A DNA stretch of 64,000 bases from Thermoproteota archaeon. GTDB lineage: Archaea; Korarchaeota; Korarchaeia; B14-G2. Below are positions 48,977 to 58,114 of this stretch, in pieces (within the stretch, counting starts at the first letter, position 1; each line of letters opens with the position of its first letter). The stretch covers positions 1 through 64,000 of the forward strand of contig JAVCBW010000008.1 of assembly GCA_037917675.1 (NCBI GenBank), in the 5' to 3' direction. The notes under the pieces are model-generated. The model was not told the DNA's origin, made no database searches, and saw only the letters and a list, made by a program, of their open reading frames with translations. Both the position numbers and the translations under genes were made by a program.

Positions 48977-49066
48977 CCGCTCTGGCTCTCCGCCACTCTC
49001 ACGGCTTTGCTTCACTCACGGCGGGAGCCTTCCCTCCTCAGGCTTCATAGGAGGGCTTTCAGGGTG
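48977..49066 (-). mobile_element. Truncated second copy (right end/omegaRNA-like module) of the miniature IS element
   Basis: Minus strand CACCCTGAAAGCCCTCCTATGAAGCCTGAGGAGGGAAGG...GAGAGCCAGAGCGG aligns with the copy at 27095-27183. Confidence 0.75.
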
Positions 49067-49358
49067 AACTCCTCTCAGGGTGCTGTCTACGTGAGTTAAA
49101 GGAGGAAACAGGCATTGAGGCCAGGGTCATAAAGCATGCTGCAACAGTAGAGAGAGTGTTTGGTGACGGCTTCCACATACTCTACGTAGTCTACTGGTGT
49201 GCTCCAGAGATGACGGAGCTTAGGCTTGGACTGAAATCTCTGAGGCAAAGTGGGCTCTAGTAGAGGATCTCTCAGAGCTGGTTGGAGAGCTCCATGAGGA
49301 CACCTTAAGAATACTCGCTGAAGCAGGTCTGCTTCCAGAGCTATCAGAAGGAAGCTAG
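49063..49358 (+). pseudogene. 5'-truncated, frameshifted Nudix hydrolase
   Basis: GELLSGCCLRELKEETG Nudix-box remnant with no start codon; frame change near 49230 into TEISEAKW. Confidence 0.75.
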
Positions 49359-49524
49359 CTGCTGCTCTAGGCTGTAGCCATGTACAGGAGAGCTTCTTCC
49401 ATCTAGCAGATTAAGTGCATTTCAGCCTGCTCTAAGCTAGCTTAGAAGCTACAGTCAAAACTGGCATATAGCTTAAGTAAAGTTTTAAAGTTACAGCTTG
49501 TACCTGACTAGGATCTGCTTGAGC

Positions 49525-50892
49525 ATGCCTACAGAGCTCCATGAGGCCTTTAGCAAGTTCCCTTCACTCATGCTTCTCATTAGGGGTGAGACTGGGACAG
49601 GCAAGACCACCTTAGTGCTAGAGCTCCTCTCTAAACTCAAGTCTAAGGGCAGAAGGGTCTGTTACATATCATCGAGGGTCTCTTATAGCGTTCTGCTAGC
49701 CCAGTTTCCTTGGGTGAAGAGTGTACTTGATGAGAGCTCTATAGTAGATGCTAGCAAAGTGATCTCACAGCCCAAGACCTCTCCTTCATTCCGGTTTATG
49801 GAGGAGCCTGCTTTCCTTCAAGCTGCCTACGACTTCGCTAAATCACATAAGGAGGCTGCTATAGCAGTCGATAGCCTTGAGGCTATCAAGTCGACTATAA
49901 AGGCTACATCGAGCTTCGAGAGGGCCTTAAGAGAGATAGCTGAGGAGACAGGATGCCATCTCATCGTAGTTTCAGAAGAGATGTCGCCACAGCCCCTAGA
50001 CTATATAGCTGACTGCGTAGTCACCTTAGTCTCTAGAGTTGAGCATGGCAGGCTCATCAGAGAGCTCTACATAAACAAGGTTCGAGGAGTCAGGATAAGG
50101 CAGCCAGCATACACCTTCACTCTACATGACTCGAGATTCACGTGCTTCAAGCCTCTCGAGATATCTTTGCCGGATTCAGCTGAGAAGCATAGGCCTCAGC
50201 CAGACTCATACTCTATGTTCTCAACAGGCTGCAGGGATCTAGATACTATACTCGGTGGAGGCTATCCTAGAGCTGGTGCAGTGCTCATTGAGGCAGATGG
50301 GAATGTTCCCTACCCAGCCATAGCCATGGCCACAGGAGTCACCATGGAGAACTTCATAGCACATGGGAGGTCTGTGATCTCAACTCCGGTAGCAGGGTAC
50401 ACTACTCAGCGTCTCAAGTCTAAGCTCAAGCTCCTAGTAGGCGAGCAGCCTGTAGAAAGATACCTAAGGATGTTCGAGGTGAGAGGGCTCCAGGAGCCTT
50501 GTAAAGAATACGCTCTCACAGGAGATCTTGAGAGAGACATTAGGGACTTTGGCTCATCAGTAGTGAAGGCATACCAGAAGACTTCTCAGCCTCCATTAGC
50601 TGTGATTGATCTACAGGTGCTAGCTGCCCTATACCATGAAGCAGGCCTCTCCCGCTTCATAAGGACGATGACTGCTGTATGCAGGGAGCTAGAGGCCCTG
50701 ATAGTCTTCGCAACAAAGCCTGGAATACATGTGAATCAGATGCTGAGAAACATATGTGACATCCATATGTCACTCAGGTTCATAGATAGGAGCTTATTCC
50801 TCTATGGGTGTAAGCCTGAGACAGGCTACTATAATGTCCATCTCGACACCAGTGTACCACATCCAACAATGAGGCTCACTCCAGTAGAGTAG
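49525..50892 (+). CDS. Second RAD55/KaiC/GvpD-like double-domain ATPase; start uncertain (49498-49525)
   Basis: GETGTGKTT, AVDS, LDYIADCVVTL, INKVRG, STG..DLD.ILGGGYPR; paralog of 23476-24852. Confidence 0.8.
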   Translation: MPTELHEAFSKFPSLMLLIRGETGTGKTTLVLELLSKLKSKGRRVCYISSRVSYSVLLAQFPWVKSVLDESSIVDASKVISQPKTSPSFRFMEEPAFLQAAYDFAKSHKEAAIAVDSLEAIKSTIKATSSFERALREIAEETGCHLIVVSEEMSPQPLDYIADCVVTLVSRVEHGRLIRELYINKVRGVRIRQPAYTFTLHDSRFTCFKPLEISLPDSAEKHRPQPDSYSMFSTGCRDLDTILGGGYPRAGAVLIEADGNVPYPAIAMATGVTMENFIAHGRSVISTPVAGYTTQRLKSKLKLLVGEQPVERYLRMFEVRGLQEPCKEYALTGDLERDIRDFGSSVVKAYQKTSQPPLAVIDLQVLAALYHEAGLSRFIRTMTAVCRELEALIVFATKPGIHVNQMLRNICDIHMSLRFIDRSLFLYGCKPETGYYNVHLDTSVPHPTMRLTPVE

Positions 50893-50941
50893 CCTCCGAT
50901 AAGGCAAGCCTCCTCTAGCGGAAGCCTGTTATCAGCCTATT

Positions 50942-51919
50942 TTAGAGCTCGACCTCAGCTCCCAGCCCTACTTCAGCAGCCTTCTCATATGCTAGCCTAG
51001 CTACAGCAGCATCTTGGACAGCTTGCCCGACGCTCTTCCATAGTGTGATCTCGCTTTCACTCACTCTGCCAGGCTTCTCCCCAGCTATTATCTCACCTAT
51101 CTCAGCGTAGATGTGCTCCTTGCTCATCACACCCTCCCTTATCGGTATGATTATGTCACCTGACTCAGCTAAGACAGCCTCCCTAGAGTCCACTACAAGC
51201 TTTGACATCAATACAGTTTTTGTGTCAAGCTCTCTCGCATCAGCCCCCATCCACCCTATGGAGTTCAGGTGGGCTCCAGGCTTCACCCAGTCTCCACTTA
51301 TGGCAGGCTCCTTAGCTGTAGTGGCCAGGACAACTATGTCAGCTTGCTCGACAGCCTCCCTGCAGCTGCCAGCAGCCTTAGCCTCGACACCAAGCCTCCT
51401 GAGCTCCTCAGCTAGCTTCTCACTCCTCTCCACACTGATGTCATAGATCAGAGCCCTCCTGATGCCTCTGACCTCCATCACAGCCTTAGCCTGGAATGAT
51501 GCCTGGAAGCCCGCCCCCACTATAGCAAGAACCTCAGAGTCCTCTCTAGCAAGGTACTTAGTAGCTACACCTGTCGCAGCTCCAGTCCTCAGTGCAGTGA
51601 GGTAGCCTCCCTCCATCACAGCTAGAGGCATGCCGCTCTCAGGGTCGATAAGCAGGACTGTCGCGAAGATCGTTGGCAGCCCCCTCTCTGGGTTCCTCTC
51701 AAAGACTGACACAGTCTTCACAGTGAAGCTCTTGGCAGCAGGATAGTAGCATGGCATATTCAGCACATAGCCTCCAGCAGCCTCCACAATACTCCTCAGA
51801 GGCTGCCTGACCTCCCTCCTGTAGAGAGCGAGAAAAGCCCTCTCAACAGCCTCAATAGCCTCCCTCATAGAGACAGCCTTCTCAAGGTCTCTTCTACCGA
51901 GTACAAGCACACCCAGCAC
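50942..51919 (-). CDS. Ornithine cyclodeaminase/mu-crystallin family protein (archaeal alanine dehydrogenase-like)
   Basis: NP.RGLPT, LTALRTGAA, GAGFQA, KSVG.AVQD. Confidence 0.9.
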   Translation of the reverse strand: MLGVLVLGRRDLEKAVSMREAIEAVERAFLALYRREVRQPLRSIVEAAGGYVLNMPCYYPAAKSFTVKTVSVFERNPERGLPTIFATVLLIDPESGMPLAVMEGGYLTALRTGAATGVATKYLAREDSEVLAIVGAGFQASFQAKAVMEVRGIRRALIYDISVERSEKLAEELRRLGVEAKAAGSCREAVEQADIVVLATTAKEPAISGDWVKPGAHLNSIGWMGADARELDTKTVLMSKLVVDSREAVLAESGDIIIPIREGVMSKEHIYAEIGEIIAGEKPGRVSESEITLWKSVGQAVQDAAVARLAYEKAAEVGLGAEVEL

Positions 51920-51929
51920 CCAGAGCTAC

Positions 51930-52151
51930 CTATGGGGAACTAAGATTTAATTGTTCTGCCTGACAGTTGCTCAATCTAGCAGTCTGCTCTTTGCGCAGCA
52001 TCTCCCAAATTGCCCTAGCATATATCTCAGCCTCTTCCTCCTCTGAAAGGGCGGTTGCTATCCCATTATTCCCAAGCCTATTTAGCAGATCTTTTCTAGC
52101 ATTTGGTAACATGATCCTCTCAAAATCTCTAACAATAGATACACGCGCCAT
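51930..52151 (-). CDS. Small hypothetical protein in the AT-richer island
   Basis: ORF beginning just after the cyoE stop; no recognisable motif. Confidence 0.3.
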   Translation of the reverse strand: MARVSIVRDFERIMLPNARKDLLNRLGNNGIATALSEEEEAEIYARAIWEMLRKEQTARLSNCQAEQLNLSSP

Positions 52152-52156
52152 TCTTT

Positions 52157-53029
52157 TTAAGCTGTCAAAAGCTCGTTTAAAACCCATAGTGTGAAAAACA
52201 CCACTATGTAAGGGCTTGTAAACTTGAAAAGCAGCCAAGCGTTTCTAGCGGTAGGTTTTAGTAGCAGGTTTAAGCTTAACAGCGCTAAGACAGCGTTTAG
52301 TGCAAACACCGCTAAAAGCAGGTATGTGTGCTTTATCAGCATAAGCGATATAGCATAAGAGGAGAGGACTAACAGTAAGCCAGCTAGAAAAACGAGCTTT
52401 TCGCCTCCGACCCTTAGCGGTAGCATGGGGATTTTAGCTCTAGCATAGTCGTCCCTCCACTTCAACACAATGCTCCAAATGTGTACAGGTATCCACACCA
52501 CAACGAGAATAGAGGCTAAAACAGGTTGAATGGCTAGAGGTCTAGTAGAAACCCATCCTCCTAAAACTGGCATAGCTCCAGTCGGGCTAGCTAGCAGTAT
52601 GTTTAGAGGACTCCTCCTCTTGGTTAAATAGTTGTATATGATAACGCTGTTAATAGCGCCCCATAGCAGGAAGATTGTGAACAGCAAATTTATGGTTAAA
52701 GCTATAAGGACAGATGATGTGAGTAGTGCTAATCCGAAGTATAGAGCTTTTGACGGTGGGTCTATAGCTCTAGACGGCAAAGCCCTTCTCCTAGTTCTTT
52801 CCATTAACGCGTCTATGTCCCTATCCACGTAGTTTGTAAGGGCTGTAGCCCCCATAACGCTTAAGATCAATGCTGCAGCAACGCTTAATGCTGTAATCAA
52901 GCTAACTCGGGGGTTGGCGGTAATCATTGAGCACAAGCCCAAGTATGTTAGAGCTAGTGACTGTCTAGGCTTAGACAGGTTTAGGTAGCTCTTAAAAGCT
53001 TTTCTCAAATTAAAACCCCAGCTAAACAT
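52157..53029 (-). CDS. cyoE: Protoheme IX farnesyltransferase (heme O synthase)
   Basis: LSKPR, NYVDRDIDALMERTRRRALP, KRR, GAMPVLGGW, WIPVHIW, DDY....IPMLP. Confidence 0.9.
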   Translation of the reverse strand: MFSWGFNLRKAFKSYLNLSKPRQSLALTYLGLCSMITANPRVSLITALSVAAALILSVMGATALTNYVDRDIDALMERTRRRALPSRAIDPPSKALYFGLALLTSSVLIALTINLLFTIFLLWGAINSVIIYNYLTKRRSPLNILLASPTGAMPVLGGWVSTRPLAIQPVLASILVVVWIPVHIWSIVLKWRDDYARAKIPMLPLRVGGEKLVFLAGLLLVLSSYAISLMLIKHTYLLLAVFALNAVLALLSLNLLLKPTARNAWLLFKFTSPYIVVFFTLWVLNELLTA

Positions 53030-53129
53030 TTTCACACACCCTGCTAGAGCCTCACATGGCGTTAATGAGTACCCCTCCATGCAGGGAGAAGGATTTAAGC
53101 TTATAGATTTCATGTCTTTAAGCTAATGT

Positions 53130-53195
53130 CTATCTGGGCTTAGACAGGTCTAAGTAGTTCATAAAGAACTTATAAAAGCTTACGCCGCTCCTCAA
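53130..53195 (-). pseudogene. Truncated 5' fragment of a second cyoE-like gene
   Basis: MRSGVSFYKFFMNYLDLSKPR* matches the cyoE N-terminus YLNLSKPRQ; GGTGA RBS upstream. Confidence 0.55.
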
Positions 53196-53979
53196 TGCAT
53201 CACCAAACTCCTTTGCAAGCAAAAGCGCTATATCCTTAATTTCCTCCTTTATTTCTTCTTATGGAGCTCTTTTCTTCGAGTTAGATGCTAAATGCCTGAT
53301 TTTGAGAGGAAGTGGATGACAGTCTACGAGTTTGCTTCTCTTTTCTCAGGAATCACCATAGCATATTTCAGCTACGTCTCTTATAAGATCACTAGGGCTC
53401 CTCTACTATCCTACCCTTAGCTTGCATATAGAACAGGTAATCCTTCTCACATAATTAGTTAAGTGAGATACCTATAGTTGTTTTGAGAGTTGATGCAATA
53501 ATTGATGGTGAAGAGTTACCGATTGGGCTGAAAAAGCTGTTAGTCCAACTCTCAAAACATCCTTATATACCCTGAAATGCCTGCAATTACCAAATCTAAA
53601 GAAGCCATTGAGTATAAGTTGGGTCTTATGAATCTAAGTCCTTACAAGGAGACCTTGAAAGAAGGAGATATCGTGGATAATTAAAGTATAAGACCATTGA
53701 GGAAGAGCCAGAAGAATGCAAATATGGTTGAAGATATGGAAGCACTGGGAAAGAGACATCGAATAAGATAGGCTCATGTCTTGAGTTCTGTTAAAAAGGC
53801 TAGATCAACGGCTCAGGTGCTCTTACTCCTAGGGTTGGGCGTCCTGTGTGCTCAATAACAGGAAGTCTATTACTCAACATCCTGATGCCTCGCTAGCAGC
53901 CAGAAAAGTCCTAACTTTCTCCCCTTTGCAAGTGACTGTAAGCGAAAGGGGGATAAATTTCTCTCCGCTAAGGAAGCCT

Positions 53980-54390
53980 ATGCCTAAATGTAAGGTTAAA
54001 ATACAAGTGCCAGAGAGGCGCTTACTGTCTTCTGCATATTCCACGACCCAGATCTCTGGAAGGAGAAGCCAGAAGAGGCCGTAGAAGAGCTTCACAGGGA
54101 GCTCCTAGAGGGGATTGAAAGGAAGAGAAAGCTCGACTTCATAGGCTGTAACCTTCCGTGGGTAGACCTTTCCTCGAAGAAGGCACAGGAGCTAGGGTTC
54201 AAGAGGTTCAAACCTCTGAAAAAAGACTCTTAAATGCAAGGTTCCACGGTCTCTTTGAAGCGTCAGGAACTTTGTTTAGAGGGAGACACATACTTCCGAG
54301 GGGCTGAGTTCAAGCGGCTTCCACGCTTTTGCCTTACTCTCTCCTGCCATCTGTCTCCTCTGTATAAGCGCCTTTTCAGCGAGAGCCCTT
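53980..54390 (+). pseudogene. Decayed pentapeptide-repeat protein
   Basis: Pieces in different frames: MPKCK, FCIFHDPDLWKEKPEE...LDFIGCNLP.VDLS, NARFHG, GDTYFRGAEF. Confidence 0.55.
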
Positions 54391-55576
54391 AGCCTTCATG
54401 CTGTAGTCGTTTAAGTCTCCTGTAGACTTCTCTGGCTTTCTCTAGGCAGCTTCTCAGAGCATGCTCTAGGCTTTGAGCTGCTGATGTTATGCTGCAGACT
54501 GGAGACCTAGCCTCTACAGCAGTCCCTGGTGGAGGTGTGTCTCTCACTCCATCTATGTCATGTAGGTAGCCTACTATACAAGGCTGCTTAGCATATACTA
54601 TGAGCCTAGCTACATGCCTTCTCGCCTTCAGCTCACCTGGAAGCTCACCTCCTAGGGCTTTGAGGTGCAGGGATATCAGGTTGATGCCGTAGGCTTCCTC
54701 TATGCACTCGAGGGTCGCTTGGAGCCTCGGGTTGACTTCCATGACATAGGCTTCTCCACCTCTCACCACGAGGTCTACTCCAACTGAGCCTCTCAGCTTC
54801 AGCCTCCTACAGAGCTCCTCACATGCTCTCCTGATCTCGCTCTCAGCTCTACCGAGCCTCAAGGGGGTTATGTTCCCTGAGTAGCCTAGTGGCTCAAGCT
54901 GGCCGAGCTCTCTCAGCCCTAGGATCTGCCTGTTGACTGAGATGGCTACAGCTTCTCTCCCTGTTGAGAGCAGCGAGATGCTTGCGTCCACTCCACTGAT
55001 GTACTCCTGGACAACTACATGCCTCCTGCTATGAGATGCAACAGGCCTGAAGAGCCTCACAGCCTCATCTATGTCTTTAGCAACCCTGATGCCATAGCCT
55101 CCTGACGTCCTGTCTGGCTTGATGACAGCTGGCAGCCCCACTTCTCTAGCTGCCTCAGCTACCTCACCTGGAGTTCTACATAGAGCTGTCTTAGGTGTAG
55201 CTAAGCCAGACCTAGATGCAGCCTCCATGACCACCCTGATGTCTCTCGCCTGCTTGAACTCACGTGGAGAGCAGCCGAGGACTCCCACAGCCCTGTGGAG
55301 CTCAGCTAGAGCATCCAGCTCGTCATCTAGCCCACCAGCAACCAAGACGCCGCTAGCACCATGCTCTAAAGTAGCCTTCAACACAGCCTCTACAAGCCTC
55401 CTAGGGCTCCAGTACCTCAGGCTCTGCAAGCCACGTGGGCAGAGGCTGTAGCTGGCGAGACAGGAATCCACTAGATCCAAGTCACCAAACAAGTCTACTG
55501 CAACAACCTCAAGCCCAGCTCTAGCAGCTGACATAGCAGCCTGTCTACAGTCGATTCCAGCAACCAGAACCCTCAT
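54389..55576 (-). CDS. ATP-grasp protein (COG2232-like; start revised)
   Basis: VDLFGDLD, VIKP...SGGYG, QEYISG...S, EVNPRLQ, D.P..GT....PVCS. Confidence 0.85.
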   Translation of the reverse strand: MRVLVAGIDCRQAAMSAARAGLEVVAVDLFGDLDLVDSCLASYSLCPRGLQSLRYWSPRRLVEAVLKATLEHGASGVLVAGGLDDELDALAELHRAVGVLGCSPREFKQARDIRVVMEAASRSGLATPKTALCRTPGEVAEAAREVGLPAVIKPDRTSGGYGIRVAKDIDEAVRLFRPVASHSRRHVVVQEYISGVDASISLLSTGREAVAISVNRQILGLRELGQLEPLGYSGNITPLRLGRAESEIRRACEELCRRLKLRGSVGVDLVVRGGEAYVMEVNPRLQATLECIEEAYGINLISLHLKALGGELPGELKARRHVARLIVYAKQPCIVGYLHDIDGVRDTPPPGTAVEARSPVCSITSAAQSLEHALRSCLEKAREVYRRLKRLQHEG

Positions 55577-56056
55577 CCAAAGCATAATAGGCAAGCTCAT
55601 TAAAGCCTTTCCACTACACGTCCACATGGCAGCTTCCCCTGAGCTTCAGCTACCTTAACATGCTTCAGAAGACCTCAGCTGACACCAGACTCCCATGATG
55701 ACATAATCCATCCAGCCACTCTCACCTGCTGTAGCATGGCTAGTCTTCCTCTCTAAGCTCATGTGGAGAGCTCTCCAAGCAATTTCAAGGTCATTAGGCG
55801 CCACTTGCCTAGCTCATCAGCGAGCTGAAGCCTGAGCTTCACGCTTCCTAGCAGCTTTCAGGGATATTTAGCAAGCTAAGCAAGAGGCTTCTCAGCCCTC
55901 GTATGCTCAGAGCTAGATGTCAGCTAGCCTCTCTAGATGAGCTCTCGAAGGCTTACATGAGAGCCACGTGACTACTTTTATAGCAGCCTGCTCTAGACCA
56001 CATAGCTAGGAAGGTGGCTATGTGAAGCAGACGAAGCCTAGCTCAGGGCGTATATC

Positions 56057-56691
56057 TTGATGAGGTCTTGTGCTATAGGCTTCACAGCAGCTGTGCTGCT
56101 AGCCTCTCTATTAGCTTGCACTAGGTGCTCACCTTGGCTGAGATCTGGCCTCCATGCTGCCTTAGAGAGCTCTCATGTAGAGGTCTTGTACTCTGGCTAC
56201 CTGGTGGCTGAGCTGAGAGCTGAGCCAGCTGTCTGGCTCACCTACTGCAATGCATCCACTGCCCTCTATGAGTCTAGGCATGCTAGAGCGCTTGTAGAGG
56301 TATCTAGCAGCTTCCTCAAGGTGGTGGTGAGATCTGATGTAGGCTGGGCTGGAGTCTCCTGTAGGGTCTCTGGCGGCCTCCTCTGGGCTCCCTGCGGCCT
56401 CCCTCCAGTAGGCGAGGTTAAGTGGCCTCTGAGATACAGGCTTGAGCTCTACACTCCACTAGTAGTCTACTACTGGCCTAGTAGAGGCATTGGGTTTGTG
56501 CTCTGCTGCCCTCCTGGTCTCAGCTTCCGTCTCTCAGCTTCCGTCTCTCAGCTAGCATCCTGGAGGCTAGAGTAGGCAGCCTAGCTAGAGGAAGGCAAGT
56601 TGAGTTCTGGCTGATACCCTATAGAGGAGGCCCACTCCTAGGAGCTCTCACCTACCTGGCTGAAGCTGGAGCTATAAGCTTAGAGCCCTAA
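56057..56691 (+). pseudogene. Exported hypothetical protein frameshifted by a 14-bp tandem duplication
   Basis: Signal-like N-terminus; removing one TCTCAGCTTCCGTC unit extends the ORF to TAA 56689-56691, abutting the convergent gene. Confidence 0.55.
56518..56553. repeat. 14-bp tandem repeat (about 2.5 copies)
   Basis: TCTCAGCTTCCGTC TCTCAGCTTCCGTC TCTCAGCT. Confidence 0.9.
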
Positions 56692-56692
56692 G

Positions 56693-56926
56693 CTAGCTCT
56701 TGACTATATCAAGGTAATCTGGCATCCTCTTTGCTCTGACAGCTGACTCATATACCCTCCAGATCCTCTTCGTGCTCACATGTACTGTACAGAATCCCCT
56801 CTCTTCAAGCTTCTCTCTAACTGCAGTCGGTAAGTCACCTGGGTGGATGAGAGGGCTCTCTGAGAGAACTGCTAGAATAGCTTCCTCTATGTCTCTAACT
56901 CTAGGGTAAGGCTTCTTAGAAGGCAA
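56693..56926 (-). CDS. Small hypothetical protein, winged-helix-like pattern
   Basis: P...DI..AI..VL...P..HP.D....VRE.LE..GF....V..KRIWR.YE..V....MPD.L. Confidence 0.65.
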   Translation of the reverse strand: MPSKKPYPRVRDIEEAILAVLSESPLIHPGDLPTAVREKLEERGFCTVHVSTKRIWRVYESAVRAKRMPDYLDIVKS

Positions 56927-57186
56927 GATGTCACGCTATAAGGCAAGGCTCCACCTGCCCTTTTAAACCGTTGCATGCGTCATATTCCGGGGGCTCAAGC
57001 TCAGATAGCAGATGAATCCGAGGAGGGCCTCCACTATACATGCATCAAAGCTATAAGGTAGCGGAGAACTAGAACGGGTAATAGGAGCATTGGGGCTAGG
57101 TCTCAGCAGGGAGGGAGCTAGAGTGGTAGGAGGGAGCTAGTTCAATAGGAGGATTGTAGATAGAAGCCTTACCTAGCATTTAAATC

Positions 57187-57957
57187 GTGGTGTGGCTTAT
57201 GGCGCCCATGAAGGTCGTCTATCATAATGACTATAGGACTGTCTATGCGTCTGATCCTGCTGCAGCTCCAGGCAGGATGGAGGCTATTCTCGCAGAGCTA
57301 CAGGGGTATGAGCTAGTTGAGCCTCAGCCAGCTTCAGAGGGAGACATCCTCCTAGTACATAGCAGAAGCCACCTCGAGTATGTGAGGAGCCTTGGCGTTG
57401 TCTACAGGATAGCTCTCCTAGCTGCTGGAGGCGCGATCAAGGCAGCAGAGCTAGCGTTAATAGGTGAGCCTGTATTCGCGTTAATAAGGCCACCAGGCCA
57501 CCATGCTAGCAGAGACTCAAGCTGGGGGTTCTGTTACTTCAACAACATAGCTATAGCAGTAGAGAAGATGAGGGTAGAGGGGAGAATAAGGACTGCTGTG
57601 ATACTAGACATAGACCTCCATTATGGTGATGGGACAGCTAGCATATTCTCAGCTACCTCAGAGGTCACTTACCTGCACCCAGACTCCCGGAGCAGAGAAG
57701 AGTACATGAGAGAGGTTGAGGAGCTATTAGCTTCAGCTGGGAGAGCAGACATTATAGCTGTGTCAGCTGGGTTCGATAGGCATATAGAGGACTGGGGGCA
57801 TCAGCTCTACACAGAAGACTACAGGAGGATAGCTCAGCTAGCTAAGGAGTACTCTGAGAGCAGCTGCAGCGGGAGAAGAATGGCTGTACTAGAGGGAGGC
57901 TACAACCATAAGGTGCTAGGCAGGAATGTCAGGGCTTTCCTAGAGGGGTTCAGGTAG
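57187..57957 (+). CDS. Histone deacetylase/AcuC-family protein
   Basis: RPPGHHA, GFCYFNN, DIDLHYGDG, SAGFD, LEGGY. Confidence 0.92.
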   Translation: MVWLMAPMKVVYHNDYRTVYASDPAAAPGRMEAILAELQGYELVEPQPASEGDILLVHSRSHLEYVRSLGVVYRIALLAAGGAIKAAELALIGEPVFALIRPPGHHASRDSSWGFCYFNNIAIAVEKMRVEGRIRTAVILDIDLHYGDGTASIFSATSEVTYLHPDSRSREEYMREVEELLASAGRADIIAVSAGFDRHIEDWGHQLYTEDYRRIAQLAKEYSESSCSGRRMAVLEGGYNHKVLGRNVRAFLEGFR

Positions 57958-58114
57958 CTAGGGCCCTCTAGGATGCTAGAGGCTTCAGGTGCTCAAGGGT
58001 AGCTGGCTCTCTAAGCTAAAGGCTCCTAGGTAAGCCGCCTGGCAGCTGGCACCTAGAATAGGGCTACTGCAGACATGCTGCCTTGACCTAGCTAGGCAGG
58101 CATCCTGCTAGCAT

